From positions 1,915 to 65,914 of the forward strand of contig DATASE010000101.1 of NCBI GenBank assembly GCA_036269375.1: a stretch of DNA of 64,000 nucleotides, given 5' to 3'. A model generated the notes under the pieces. It had not been told where the DNA came from and made no database searches. It saw nothing but the letters and a program-made list of their open reading frames with translations. Position numbers and translations under genes: made by a program. This DNA is from Solirubrobacteraceae bacterium. Its GTDB lineage: Bacteria; Actinomycetota; Thermoleophilia; Solirubrobacterales; Solirubrobacteraceae. Below are positions 11,101 through 21,132 of the stretch, piece by piece; within the stretch, counting starts at the first letter, position 1; every line of letters starts with the position of its first letter.

Positions 11101-11714
11101 GTGCCGAGCAGGTCCACGACGAACACGAGCGGCGCGTTCGGCGGGATCGTCGGTGGCGAGCCGGTCTTGCCGTAGGCCAGTTCGGCGGGGATGATAAGCT
11201 CGCGGCGGCCGCCGACCTTCATGCCGGCGACGCCTTGGTCCCAACCCTTGATGACCTGGCCCTTGCCGAGTGTGAACGTGAACGGTTCGCTGCGCTTCCA
11301 GGAGGAGTCGAATTCCTTGCCGCCTTTGTACAGGACGCCCACGTAGTTGACCGTCACCGACTCGCCCGCCTTCGCTTCGGGGCCGGTGCCCTTGATCAGT
11401 TCCTTGGTCACGATCGTGCTTGGCGCCGCGCCGCTCGGAACGCTGACGGCCGGCTTGCTCGCCAGCGGGCCGCTGGTCGGGGTCTTGGCCGCCGTGCTGG
11501 TCGGCGTGGTCGGCGTCGAGGTCGTTTTTTCGCCGGCGACGTGCGGCACCGTGCTGGTGTCCGACTCGTTGCCGACGGTGATCGAGCTCGAACCGCTGGA
11601 GCCGCAGCCGGCGATCAGGGCGGTGGTGGCAAGCGCTGCCATCGCGTAGCCCGCGCGCGTGTGGCGGAGGCGGGAGAGCAGCTTTGAAATATGCGAAGAA
11701 GGATGGAAGTTCAT
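11097..11714 (-). CDS. FKBP-type peptidyl-prolyl cis-trans isomerase, lipoprotein
   Basis: VTVNYVG, EFDSSW, VIKGWDQGVAGMKVGGRRELIIPAELAYG, IPPNAPLVFVVDLL; lipobox IAGC; alternative start at 11642. Confidence 0.93.
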   Translation of the reverse strand: MNFHPSSHISKLLSRLRHTRAGYAMAALATTALIAGCGSSGSSSITVGNESDTSTVPHVAGEKTTSTPTTPTSTAAKTPTSGPLASKPAVSVPSGAAPSTIVTKELIKGTGPEAKAGESVTVNYVGVLYKGGKEFDSSWKRSEPFTFTLGKGQVIKGWDQGVAGMKVGGRRELIIPAELAYGKTGSPPTIPPNAPLVFVVDLLGT

Positions 11715-11774
11715 AGCGGCGGGCAGACTAACGCATCGGCCACGCGCGCGCCGCACCGTGGCACGACGGCACGC

Positions 11775-11780
11775 TACGAT
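11775..11780 (+). promoter_or_regulatory. -10 element for the SRP RNA
   Basis: TACGAT hexamer 6 nt before the RNA 5' end. Confidence 0.5.
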
Positions 11781-11786
11781 CTCGGC

Positions 11787-12056
11787 GACCGTGCTAGGCG
11801 GGGAACTAGCGGAGCCCTGAACCCGCAATCCGCTCCAGCGGGGCTGAACTCCTCTCCGAGGGGCTACGCCGCGGTCGCCCCGTCGCCGAGAGCGTCGATG
11901 GTCGGGGTCCCATGCGGTGTCGGCTCGTGAACCAGGTCAGGTCCGGAAGGAAGCAGCCTTAAGCGACATCCGGCAGGCGCAATGGGAGCCCCCCGGCCGG
12001 AGCCCTCGGCAGCGATCAGGCGGCCTCGACGCAGCGACGACGAGGGGTGCACGGTC
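11787..12056 (+). ncRNA. ffs: Signal recognition particle RNA, large (Alu-domain) bacterial type
   Basis: Helix 8 signature GGTCAGGTCCGGAAGGAAGCAGCC at ~11935-11958; 5' part resembles Bacillus scRNA (CCGTGCTAGGCGGGGAACTAGCGG...GCAATCCGCT); ends GACCGTGC/GCACGGTC pair. Confidence 0.93.
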
Positions 12057-13638
12057 ATTTCGACAGCTGCTCTTGGCAACGCTTGAAGATCAGCCACGAG
12101 CGGTTGGTCGCGGTCTCGCCGAAGCCGGGCGGGATCGAGACCTGGGCGTGGGGGTCCTTGGCGTCCAGGACGTATTCGGTTTCGACTTCGCGGCTGGCGG
12201 GGTCGACGTAGACCCCACGAGCGATCGGGCTTGCTTCGGCGCTCACGATCAGACCGGGGCGCGCTCCCAGATACAGCGCCAGCAACGGGATCGGGGCGTG
12301 GTTGGGCACGCCGACCGGGCCGCAGCGCAGCGAGATCGCGCCACTTTTCACCAGCTCCAGCAGGTCGCTCTGGATCGATTGCTGGCGGCTCAGTTTGGCC
12401 AGCTCGCGGTGCGCGGAGCGCAGCTGCGCCGGCGTGCTCGCTACAAGCGCCACCAGCACGACCGCGCCGACCCCCATCCACGCGGCCCGGCGGCGATCGC
12501 CGGCGGGTAGGGCGCTCCATCCGAACGCCGCGGCGCCGCAGAACAGGCACAGGATCGCGGCCGTCAGGAACGCGTAGCGGGTATCGATCGGCAGCCCGGC
12601 GCTCGAGAGCAGCGCGAAGGCGCCGATCGCCGCAACGCCGGCGATCGCGCCCGGCAGCGCACGCCGGCGCAGCCACCAGAGCGAAAGCGCGGCGCCGATC
12701 GCGGCCGCCGCCAGCGCCACCGCCTGCAGCACCTCGCCGATCCGCCGCGGCACGTACTGGGGCACGTCGGCGATGCCCTTGGGGCGGCCCAAGGTCGTCG
12801 CCGTGTGTTTGGTGTTCTGCAACGACCAGAGTGGGTTGCCGCTCACCAGCAGGTCGCTCGCGACCCATACGAGCGGCGCCGCGGCGGCGAGCAGCGCGAG
12901 CCAGGCCAGCTCCCGGCGGCTGCGCGCCGGGTAGGAGCGGCGCGAGGACCACGCCAGGTACAGCCAGTAGAGCCCGGAGAACACCCACGCCTCCGGCCGC
13001 AGCAGCCCGGCCAGCGCGAGTAGCGCGAGTACTGTGACGGCCGCCCGCCCACCGGCCCTGCGACTGCGCGTCTCGACCAGCAGCGCGCACAGCACCAGCA
13101 GCGTGTAGGGGACGTCGACATACGCGCGCACGCCGTAGGAGAGGACCGGCACACGCGTCAGCCACACGAGCGCGGCGAGCGCGCCCGCGGCGCGGCCGAA
13201 CCACTCGCTGCCGAGCCGGTAGATCACCCAGCCGCTCGCCGACAGCGCCACGAAAGCCAGGGCGACGACCAGCGCGCTCTCGACTCCGGCCGGCAGCGGC
13301 GCCAGCGGAACGCCGAGCAGCTCGACCAGCGGGTGCGGCGTCGGCGCGATCGGCAGGCCGTATTCGGGTGTTTGGCCGCGCGTGAGCTGGGCGCCCCAGA
13401 CAAGCGCGTAGAGGGTGTCGTAGTTGACGAAGCCCACGCCGCAGATCGCCCACAGCGCGAGCGCGCCGATGACGATCGCGAGCGCTGCGGTGGTGTGCCG
13501 GCGGGCGGCCGCGCGCGCGGCCTGGAACGCCGTCGCGCCGGTCTGCGCATGGGCGGGCGGCGAGCCCGAGTCCTCCGCTTGGGCACTCGTATCCGTGGGT
13601 GTGGGCAGCGGGCCGCTGGTCGTGCTCACTGCACGCAA
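12055..13638 (-). CDS. Polytopic membrane protein, GT-C/PMT-like glycosyltransferase candidate
   Basis: About 10-12 hydrophobic helices; acidic NYD motif after the first TM; LLRPEAW motif; start may be GTG at 13629. Confidence 0.6.
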   Translation of the reverse strand: MRAVSTTSGPLPTPTDTSAQAEDSGSPPAHAQTGATAFQAARAAARRHTTAALAIVIGALALWAICGVGFVNYDTLYALVWGAQLTRGQTPEYGLPIAPTPHPLVELLGVPLAPLPAGVESALVVALAFVALSASGWVIYRLGSEWFGRAAGALAALVWLTRVPVLSYGVRAYVDVPYTLLVLCALLVETRSRRAGGRAAVTVLALLALAGLLRPEAWVFSGLYWLYLAWSSRRSYPARSRRELAWLALLAAAAPLVWVASDLLVSGNPLWSLQNTKHTATTLGRPKGIADVPQYVPRRIGEVLQAVALAAAAIGAALSLWWLRRRALPGAIAGVAAIGAFALLSSAGLPIDTRYAFLTAAILCLFCGAAAFGWSALPAGDRRRAAWMGVGAVVLVALVASTPAQLRSAHRELAKLSRQQSIQSDLLELVKSGAISLRCGPVGVPNHAPIPLLALYLGARPGLIVSAEASPIARGVYVDPASREVETEYVLDAKDPHAQVSIPPGFGETATNRSWLIFKRCQEQLSK

Positions 13639-13705
13639 GCTATCCGCTCGTGCCCCCGTGGTTATCCGCTCGGCCCCCTGAGAGCGCGGATAGACTCAAG
13701 CCCTG

Positions 13706-15448
13706 GTGGCCTCCAGCCCGCAGCAATCGCTCTATCGCCGGCACCGGCCGCGCAGCTTCGCCGACGTCGTCGGGCAGGAGGCGGTGGTGCGCACCCTCCG
13801 TCACGCCGTCGAGCGCGGGCAGGTGCATCACGCGTATCTGTTCGTCGGCTCGCGCGGCACCGGCAAGACCTCGATGGCAAAGATCCTCGCGGCGTCGCTC
13901 GATTGCGAGCGCGGACCGACGGTCGATCCGTGTGGAAGCTGCGACTCCTGCCGGGCGATCGCCGCGGCCACCTCGCTCGACGTGATCGAGATGGACGCGG
14001 CCTCCAACAACTCGGTCGAGGACATCCGCGAGCTGCGCGAGTCGGTCGCGTTCGCGCCCGTTTCCGGCCGCCACAAGGTCTACATCCTCGACGAGGCCCA
14101 CATGCTCTCGCAGGCCGCCTGGAACGCGTTCCTGAAGACGCTGGAGGAGCCGCCGCCGCACACGGTGTTCGTGCTCGCCACCACCGAGGCGAACAAGGTG
14201 CCGGCGACCGTAGTGGACCGCTGCCACCGCTTCGATTTCCAGCGCCCCGGCGTCGAGCAGATCTCGACCGTGCTGAGCCGCGTTGCGCAGAGCGAGTCGA
14301 TCGAGATCCCGCCCCAGGCGATCGCGGCGATCGCCCGCTCGGCCACCGGAAGCTTCCGCGACGCTCTCGGCACGCTCGAGCAGCTGCTCACCTACAGCGG
14401 CGAGCGGATCGAGCTGGATGACGTGCTGGCGGTGCTCGGCGTCGCCGACGAGGCGCTGCTCGCGGCGGCGTTCGACGCGGTGCACGGCGGCGACGCGCGC
14501 GAGACGCTGCTGACGGTCGAGCGCTGCCTGCGCGGGGGGCGCGACGCCGGCTCGTTCACGCGCGACCTAGAGGGGCGGGCGCGCGAGCTGTTGATCGTCC
14601 AGACGCTCGGCGAGGTGCCCGCCGAGCTGGAGTTGACGCCGGAGATCGACGAGCGCCTGCGCGAGCAGGCCGAGCGCGTCTCGAGCGCCGAGGTCGTGCG
14701 CCTGCTCGACCTAGTCGGAGCGGCGCTCGAGAACGTGCGCGCCGGCGCCGATCCGCGCACGCAGCTCGAGCTCGCGCTGGTCAAGGCCGCCTCGCCGGCT
14801 GCCGACGGCTCGCTGCCGGCGCTCTTGGCGCGGATCGAGCGCTTGGAGCAAGCGCTGGCCAGCGGCAGATCGGTGCCGCCGGCGCAAGCGTCGCCAGCGC
14901 AATCGTCGCCAGAGCAAGTGTCGCCGGCCCCGGAGGCCGACGAAGAGGTCGAGCCTGCGAAGGAGAAATCGGTCGCCGAGCAAGCGGAGCAAACGGAGCA
15001 ACCTGGGGCTGTGGCGTTTCCCGAGCAAACAGAGGAGACGGTGACGGTGGCGGTTCCCGAGCAAGCCGTGAGCGACCTCGGCGAGCTGTGGGCCGCCGTG
15101 CACGCATCGGTCAAGGCCGAGCACTCGCTGCTCGGAGCAGTGCTCAACGAGGCGATGCCGGTCGCACTGGGCGAGCAGGAGCTGACGCTTGCCTTTCCTC
15201 CCAGCGCGGCGTTCCTCAAGCGCAAGGCCGAGGACCCGGCCAACCGCGCGATCGTCTCGGAGGCGCTGCGCCGGTTGACCGGCGAGCGCCGCCAGGTGCA
15301 CTTCGAGCTCAGCGAGCACGGCAGCGGCGAGCAGGCGGCCGGCGCCGAGCCGGCCAGCGAGGATGAGATCGTCGCGCGGCTGGTCGCCGAGCTGGACGCC
15401 GAGGAGCTGCCCGAGGACTGGCTGGCACAGCAACGCGAGGGAGGCTGA
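13706..15448 (+). CDS. dnaX: DNA polymerase III subunit gamma/tau
   Basis: LYRRHRP, GSRGTGKT, Zn cysteines, EMDAAS, ILDEAHML, LKTLEEPP. Confidence 0.97.
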   Translation: MASSPQQSLYRRHRPRSFADVVGQEAVVRTLRHAVERGQVHHAYLFVGSRGTGKTSMAKILAASLDCERGPTVDPCGSCDSCRAIAAATSLDVIEMDAASNNSVEDIRELRESVAFAPVSGRHKVYILDEAHMLSQAAWNAFLKTLEEPPPHTVFVLATTEANKVPATVVDRCHRFDFQRPGVEQISTVLSRVAQSESIEIPPQAIAAIARSATGSFRDALGTLEQLLTYSGERIELDDVLAVLGVADEALLAAAFDAVHGGDARETLLTVERCLRGGRDAGSFTRDLEGRARELLIVQTLGEVPAELELTPEIDERLREQAERVSSAEVVRLLDLVGAALENVRAGADPRTQLELALVKAASPAADGSLPALLARIERLEQALASGRSVPPAQASPAQSSPEQVSPAPEADEEVEPAKEKSVAEQAEQTEQPGAVAFPEQTEETVTVAVPEQAVSDLGELWAAVHASVKAEHSLLGAVLNEAMPVALGEQELTLAFPPSAAFLKRKAEDPANRAIVSEALRRLTGERRQVHFELSEHGSGEQAAGAEPASEDEIVARLVAELDAEELPEDWLAQQREGG

Positions 15449-15453
15449 GGACG

Positions 15454-15873
15454 GTGGCCAAGAACAGGCCCGGGCGACCGGGCGCTGCAGGAGGAGGACG
15501 ACCGGGCGCAGGGCGGCCCAACATGCAGCAGATGCTCGGTCAGGTGCAGAAGATGCAGCAGGACATGGAGACCGTCCAGCGCGAGCTGGAGAGCGAGACC
15601 GTCCAGGCGTCGGCCGGGGGAGGGATCGTCACGATCACCGTCAGCGGGGACCTGAACGTGCGCGCCGTGCAGATTTCCCCTGAGGCGGTGGACCCCGAGG
15701 ACGTCGAGATGCTCTGCGACCTGGTGCTTGCGGCAACCAACGAGGCGCTGCGCAAGGCCCAGGAGCTGGCTGCCGAGCGGATGGGCGCGGTCACCGGCGG
15801 TCTTGACCTGGGCGGTATGGGCGGTATGGGCGGTATGGGCGGCCTGGGCAGCCTCGGGCTTCCTGGGCTGTGA
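15454..15873 (+). CDS. ybaB: YbaB/EbfC nucleoid-associated protein
   Basis: NMQQML..VQKMQ, GGG.VT...SG, DPEDVEML.DLV.AA.NEAL; conserved dnaX-ybaB-recR order. Confidence 0.95.
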   Translation: MAKNRPGRPGAAGGGRPGAGRPNMQQMLGQVQKMQQDMETVQRELESETVQASAGGGIVTITVSGDLNVRAVQISPEAVDPEDVEMLCDLVLAATNEALRKAQELAAERMGAVTGGLDLGGMGGMGGMGGLGSLGLPGL

Positions 15874-16478
15874 GCGGCTTTGCGCCGCCGATCCAGCGGC
15901 TGGTCACCGAGCTCGGCAAGCTGCCCGGCGTCGGGCAGCGCACCGCGCAGCGGCTGGCCTTTCACATCCTGCGCGCCTCCGAGGAGGACGCGCTCGGCCT
16001 CGCCGAGGCGATCCGCGAGGTCAAGGAACGCGTCGGGCTGTGCGAGGTCTGCTTCAACCTCGCCGACGAACCGCGCTGTCGCATCTGCCAGGACCCCCGT
16101 CGCGACGCGTCGCTGATCTGCGTGGTCGAGGAAGCAGGCGACGTGATCCCGCTCGAGCGCACCCACGAATACCAGGGCCTCTACCACGTGCTCGGCGGCG
16201 CGCTGTCTCCGATCGACGGGATCGAGCCCGAGGACTTGAAGATCGCGCAGCTGTACGAGCGGGTCGACCGGGCCCAGCCGGTGCGCGAGGTCGTGCTCGC
16301 CACCAACCCGACGACCACAGGCGAGGCGACGGCCTTGCATCTGGCAGAGGAGTTGCGCCGGCGAGTACCGACCGTTGCGGTCACGCGCCTTGCCTCCGGG
16401 TTGCCGGTCGGGTCTGACCTGGAGTACGCCGACGAGGTCACGCTTGGCAAGGCGCTGGCAGGGCGACGGACTGTCTAG
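15870..16478 (+). CDS. recR: Recombination protein RecR
   Basis: HhH LPGVGQRTAQRLAF, C4 Zn finger, TOPRIM YHVLGG and EGEATA-like motif, DLEYADEVTL. Confidence 0.97.
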   Translation: MSGFAPPIQRLVTELGKLPGVGQRTAQRLAFHILRASEEDALGLAEAIREVKERVGLCEVCFNLADEPRCRICQDPRRDASLICVVEEAGDVIPLERTHEYQGLYHVLGGALSPIDGIEPEDLKIAQLYERVDRAQPVREVVLATNPTTTGEATALHLAEELRRRVPTVAVTRLASGLPVGSDLEYADEVTLGKALAGRRTV

Positions 16479-16483
16479 TACAG

Positions 16484-16525
16484 AGCAAAGTTCACTTTTC
16501 TTAAGAGTACTTTGCTTGATATGAT
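16484..16525 (+). promoter_or_regulatory. AT-rich inverted repeat plus -10-like hexamer
   Basis: AGCAAAGT (16484-16491) / ACTTTGCT (16509-16516); TATGAT at 16520-16525 just before the ATG at 16529. Confidence 0.4.
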
Positions 16526-16528
16526 CGG

Positions 16529-18004
16529 ATGGTGCTTCGGCGACCCGAAGACATCTTCGACCGGGACGTCGAGTGGAACGACCTGGCGTCGTTCGCGACG
16601 GCTCCCGGGCTCGGCCTGTGGGTGGCAGTGGTGTATGGCCGCCGCAGGCAGGGCAAGTCCTACCTGCTAAGACGGCTCGCGCGAGCGACAGGAGGCTTCT
16701 ACCACCAGGCCTTGGAGGAGGAGTCCGGACCGGCGCTCGAGCGTCTCGGCGGCGCCCTCGGCGAATGGCTGAAAGTGCCGGGTGGCCGACTTGCCCTCGC
16801 CGACTGGTCCGCAGCAGTCGACGCGATCTCGGCTCTGCGCGTCGAGCACGACGCCGCGGCCGTCGTTGTTCTCGACGAGCTCCCGTACCTGCTCGACCGC
16901 GTTCCCGAGCTCCCCTCGCTGCTGCAGCGAGCCGTTGACGCCTCGCAAGATGCGCCCAATGGGCAATCCATGAGACTGGTCCTATGCGGCTCGGCGCTAT
17001 CGGTGATGAGCGAGTTGCTTTCCGGGCAGCGCGCGCTGCGGGGCCGGATCGCAACTACGATCAAGGTCGATCCGTTCGATTATCGCGAGGCCGCCGCCTA
17101 CTGGGGTCTCGGCGCGAGCTGGCCCGTCGCGCTCAGGCTGCACGCCATCCTCGGGGGAACCCCGGGGTATCGCGACCTGCTCGGACTCGACCCGCCCCGC
17201 AATCTGGCGGGAATCGGCCAGTGGCTCGCGGCGGGGGTCTTCAGCCCAGCGTCGGCGCTGTTTCGTGAGGACGACTATCTGCTGGCCGAGGAGCGCGGGC
17301 TAACAGACCGCGCTCTGTATCACTCGGCGCTCTCGGCGATCGCGGCCGGCAATCGCTCGGAGACGAAGATCGCGGCCGCGCTCGGGCGCGAGCGCCAGGC
17401 AGTCAGCTGGCCGTTGCGGGTCCTGCTCGACGCTGGGTTTCTGATCCGCGACGAGGACGCGCTGCGTCAGCGTCGTCCCAGCTACCGGATAGCCGAGCCG
17501 ATCGTGCGCTTCCACCATGCGATCACGCGCCGGGATCTGACACGCTTTGAGGAACGTCGAGCCGTCGAGGCGTGGGAGAACGCGCAGGAGCGTTTCTCTA
17601 CCCACGTGCTCGGCCCGCACCTTGAGGATCTGGCGCGTCGCTGGACTGCTCGCTACGCGTGTGAGCGCACACTCGGCGGTCGGCTGGGCAGAGTGGGAGC
17701 CACCCAGCTGGCCGACCGGCAGTCCAGGTCTCAGATCGAGGTCGACGTGGTGGGACTTGCGGCGGATTCCGAGCGAGTCGCGGTGTTGGGCGAGGCCAAG
17801 GCGAGTACCAAACCGGTCGGGCTGGAGGTGCTGACCAAGCTCGATCGCACGCGCGAGCTGGTCGGCGCGCGAGCGCCGCTTGCACCGGGGGTCAAGCTCC
17901 TGGTCTTTTCCGCTGGCGGCTTCGATCGCGCTTTGTCGGCGGCGGCGCAGCGACGGGCCGATGTCGAGCTCGTGGACCTAGAGAGACTGTACCGAGGCGA
18001 TTGA
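16529..18004 (+). CDS. AAA ATPase (archaeal ATPase_2-like) with wHTH and C-terminal DUF234-like PD-(D/E)xK domain
   Basis: Walker A YGRRRQGKS, Walker B VVVLDE, LCGS, GGTPGY; C-terminal EVDVV...LGEAK. Confidence 0.85.
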   Translation: MVLRRPEDIFDRDVEWNDLASFATAPGLGLWVAVVYGRRRQGKSYLLRRLARATGGFYHQALEEESGPALERLGGALGEWLKVPGGRLALADWSAAVDAISALRVEHDAAAVVVLDELPYLLDRVPELPSLLQRAVDASQDAPNGQSMRLVLCGSALSVMSELLSGQRALRGRIATTIKVDPFDYREAAAYWGLGASWPVALRLHAILGGTPGYRDLLGLDPPRNLAGIGQWLAAGVFSPASALFREDDYLLAEERGLTDRALYHSALSAIAAGNRSETKIAAALGRERQAVSWPLRVLLDAGFLIRDEDALRQRRPSYRIAEPIVRFHHAITRRDLTRFEERRAVEAWENAQERFSTHVLGPHLEDLARRWTARYACERTLGGRLGRVGATQLADRQSRSQIEVDVVGLAADSERVAVLGEAKASTKPVGLEVLTKLDRTRELVGARAPLAPGVKLLVFSAGGFDRALSAAAQRRADVELVDLERLYRGD

Positions 18005-18043
18005 GGCCTATGGCTCTTGGCGCCCAGCGCTAGCCTGCTGTCG

Positions 18044-19315
18044 ATGCCCGACATCGTCGTGATGAAGTTCGGCGGCACCTCGGTCGCCGACGCCGAGCGA
18101 ATCAAGCGCGCTGCGCGGCGGATCGTGCAGATGCGCGAGGCCGGGCGTTCGGTCGTCGCGGTGCTCTCGGCGCGCGGCAAGACGACCGACGAGCTGATCG
18201 CGATGGCCCAGGAGGTCTCAGAGCATCCTGACGCGCGCGAGATGGACATGCTGCTCTCCACCGGCGAGCGGATCTCCTGCGCGCTGTGTGCGATGGCGAT
18301 CAACGACCTCGGCCACCGCGCGATCAGCCTGACCGGCTCGCAGGCCGGGATCAAGACAGACACCTCGCACACCAAGGCGCGGATCGTCGAGGTGCGCGCC
18401 GATCGGGTTCGCGCCGCACTGGAGCAGGACCACATCGTACTGGTCGCCGGCTTTCAGGGGGTCTCGAGCACCGACGACGTGACCACGCTCGGCCGCGGTG
18501 GTTCGGACACCACCGCCGTTGCGGTGGCCGCGGCGCTCGGCGCCGCCGAATGCGAGATCTACACCGACGTCCCCGGCGTCTTCAGCGCCGACCCACGGAT
18601 CGTGCCAAACGCGCGCAAGCTCGAGCTCGTCTCCTTCGAGGAGATGCTCGAGATGGCCGCCTCCGGCGCCGGCGTGTTGCAGCTGCGCTCGGTCGAGTAC
18701 GCGCGCAACCACGGGGTGCGCATTCACTGTCGCTCATCCTTCGACGCGGGGACCGGTACCTTGGTGGTCTCCGAGGCAGAGATGGACCACGCCGAGCGCC
18801 CCCTGATCACCGCCGTCACCCATTCGAGCTCTGACTCGATGATCACGCTCGTCGGCGTGCGCCACGAGCCCGGGATGGCGGCGCGCATCTTTGAGGCGCT
18901 GGCCGAGGCAAACGTCAACGTCGACATGATCGACCAGAACGTTCCCACCTCGGCCGGGGGCCTGGCCGAGATCTCCTTCACGGTCCCCCGCGAAGACCTC
19001 TATCGCGCCACCCAGGCGCTGGAGCCGCTGCAGGGCGAGGTGTTCGATGGGGTTGCCACCCGCCAGGAGATGGGCAAGGTCTCGATCGTCGGCGCTGGCA
19101 TGCGCACCCACCCCGGCGTGGCCGCGAAGGTGTTTCGCGTGCTCAACGACGAGCAGATCAACATCGAAATGATCTCCACCAGCCCGATCAAGATCTCGTG
19201 CGTGATCGCGCGCGAGCAGGTGGCGGGTGCGGTGCGCGCACTGCACACGGCCTTCGAGCTCTCCGGCGCCGACGAGGTGCGGGTCGAAGAGTCCTTCGGC
19301 GCGCCGGCGTCCTAG
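18044..19315 (+). CDS. ask: Aspartate kinase
   Basis: [31 protein letters not shown], two ACT domains. Confidence 0.97.
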   Translation: MPDIVVMKFGGTSVADAERIKRAARRIVQMREAGRSVVAVLSARGKTTDELIAMAQEVSEHPDAREMDMLLSTGERISCALCAMAINDLGHRAISLTGSQAGIKTDTSHTKARIVEVRADRVRAALEQDHIVLVAGFQGVSSTDDVTTLGRGGSDTTAVAVAAALGAAECEIYTDVPGVFSADPRIVPNARKLELVSFEEMLEMAASGAGVLQLRSVEYARNHGVRIHCRSSFDAGTGTLVVSEAEMDHAERPLITAVTHSSSDSMITLVGVRHEPGMAARIFEALAEANVNVDMIDQNVPTSAGGLAEISFTVPREDLYRATQALEPLQGEVFDGVATRQEMGKVSIVGAGMRTHPGVAAKVFRVLNDEQINIEMISTSPIKISCVIAREQVAGAVRALHTAFELSGADEVRVEESFGAPAS

Positions 19316-19566
19316 CGCGGGCGGCGTCGGCGACCGCCTCCCGGAGGGCACAGCGTCGTCGAATCGATCGGCTAGCCTGCCGCCTCTGGCAAAGATCATC
19401 CGTTTTTCCTCCGCGCGCCGCGTCTTTGCGCGCAAGAGCTGACCAGCGCTCCCCGTTGCTTTGCCGTCTGGAGTGCTCGAGATCGAGTCAGAGACAACCA
19501 AGGGTTGCCCCCGGAAGCGGGAACGGGGCCCGAGCAAGGAGGCGGAGGCACGATGGGCGAGCAGTC

Positions 19567-21072
19567 ATGAGTAGCGAGCTAAGCGAGATCCCCCGGACGA
19601 TCGAGTCGGGGGTCGTTGGGAAGTCGGGCACGATCCGCGCCCGCCGTGCACGCTCGGCGGCCGGTGCGCTTCACATCGCCGAGGCGGGCGGCTCGATGGC
19701 GATCCTTCGCCGCGACGCGCTGTTGCGCCGCGCGCTACTGCTGGCCGACGTCGCCGCGATCGCCGGCGCCTTCGTGCTGACGGTGCAGCTCTCCTCGAGG
19801 CCGATCGAGCTGACGTGGCTGGCGTCGCTCGGCCTGCCGATCCTGTTGATTGGGGCGAAGCTGTCCGGGCTGTACGACCGCGACGAGGCTCTCCTGCACA
19901 AGACGACGCTCGACGAGACCCCACGGCTGTTTGGCGTCGCCACGCTCTGCACCCTGCTCACCTGGCTCTGCGGGGGGCTGATCGTCTCCGGCTCGCTTGA
20001 CCGTCGTCAGGTCCTCTTCCTGTGGCTGGCGCTGTTTCTGCTGCTCGTGGTCGGTCGTGCGCTGGCGCGCGCCCTGGCGCTGCGTCTCTCGCCGGTGGAG
20101 CGCTGCCTGTTCATCGGCGAGCCGCAGTCGGCGCGCACGATCGGCGCCAAGATAAGCGGTCACCGGGGCGTGAACGCCGAACTGGTGGCCCACGTGGACC
20201 TCGAGAAGCTCTCGACGTGGTCGACCGACAGCTGCTCGGCGCAGCGGCTCGACGAAGTCAGCCAGCTGGTGCAGTCGCTCGACGTGCACCGGGCGATCAT
20301 CGCTCCGCGCAGCGCCGACGCCGGCGAGGTGCTCGATCTCGTGCGCACGCTGAAGGCGGTCGGCGTTCGCGTCAGCGTGGTACCGCGCCTGCTCGAGGTG
20401 GTGGGCTCCTCGGTCGAGTTCGACGACCTGCACGGGGTCACCGTCATGGGCGTGCGGCGCTTCGACCTGACCCGCTCCTCGGCGGCGGTCAAGCGCGCCT
20501 TCGACGTCGTGCTCGTCTCGATCGGGATGGTCGCAGTGCTGCCCCTGATGTTGGCCATCGCGCTCGCCATCAAGCTCGACAGTCGCGGCCCGGTGTTCTT
20601 TCGCCAGCGGCGGGTCGGCCGGCACGGCGAGCGCTTCCACATGCTCAAGTTCCGCACGATGATCCACGGCGCCGACGCCATGAAGGACTCGTTGCGCGAT
20701 CGCAACGAAGCCCAGGAGGGTCTCTTCAAGATCGTCGACGATCCCCGCATCACACGCGTCGGCAGCTTCCTGCGCCGCAGCGCGCTCGATGAGCTGCCAC
20801 AGCTGATCAACATCCTGCGCGGCGAGATGAGCCTGGTGGGCCCGCGCCCGCTTGTCATCGAGGAGGACGAGCGCATCGAGGGCTGGCACCGCCAGCGGCT
20901 GGCGCTGCTGCCAGGGATCACGGGCCACTGGCAGATCCTCGGGCCGGCCCGTGTCCCGCTGCGGGAGATGGTGGCGATCGACTACCTGTACGTGGCCAAC
21001 TGGTCGCTGTGGACCGACCTGAAGATCCTGCTTCGCACCGTGCCGCACGTCGTGGGCCGCCGCGGCCTCTGA
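19567..21072 (+). CDS. Polyprenyl-phosphate glycosyl-1-phosphotransferase (priming sugar transferase, WcaJ/CpsE-like)
   Basis: N-terminal TM helices; KRAFD, FFRQRRVG, KFRTM, DPRITRVG.FLR...LDELPQL.N.L.GEMSLVGPRP, PGITG.WQ; start 19567 or 19696. Confidence 0.95.
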   Translation: MSSELSEIPRTIESGVVGKSGTIRARRARSAAGALHIAEAGGSMAILRRDALLRRALLLADVAAIAGAFVLTVQLSSRPIELTWLASLGLPILLIGAKLSGLYDRDEALLHKTTLDETPRLFGVATLCTLLTWLCGGLIVSGSLDRRQVLFLWLALFLLLVVGRALARALALRLSPVERCLFIGEPQSARTIGAKISGHRGVNAELVAHVDLEKLSTWSTDSCSAQRLDEVSQLVQSLDVHRAIIAPRSADAGEVLDLVRTLKAVGVRVSVVPRLLEVVGSSVEFDDLHGVTVMGVRRFDLTRSSAAVKRAFDVVLVSIGMVAVLPLMLAIALAIKLDSRGPVFFRQRRVGRHGERFHMLKFRTMIHGADAMKDSLRDRNEAQEGLFKIVDDPRITRVGSFLRRSALDELPQLINILRGEMSLVGPRPLVIEEDERIEGWHRQRLALLPGITGHWQILGPARVPLREMVAIDYLYVANWSLWTDLKILLRTVPHVVGRRGL

Positions 21073-21132
21073 GAGGACCGGGGACCAGGCGGCGCGTCGG
21101 GTCGGGTCCTCCTCAACCGATGGGATTCGTCC

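Noticed and set aside
14880-15070. Short repeats inside dnaX suggesting an insertion or frameshift site
   Set aside because: In-frame repeats in the variable Pro/Ala/Glu linker; no slippery A-run seen
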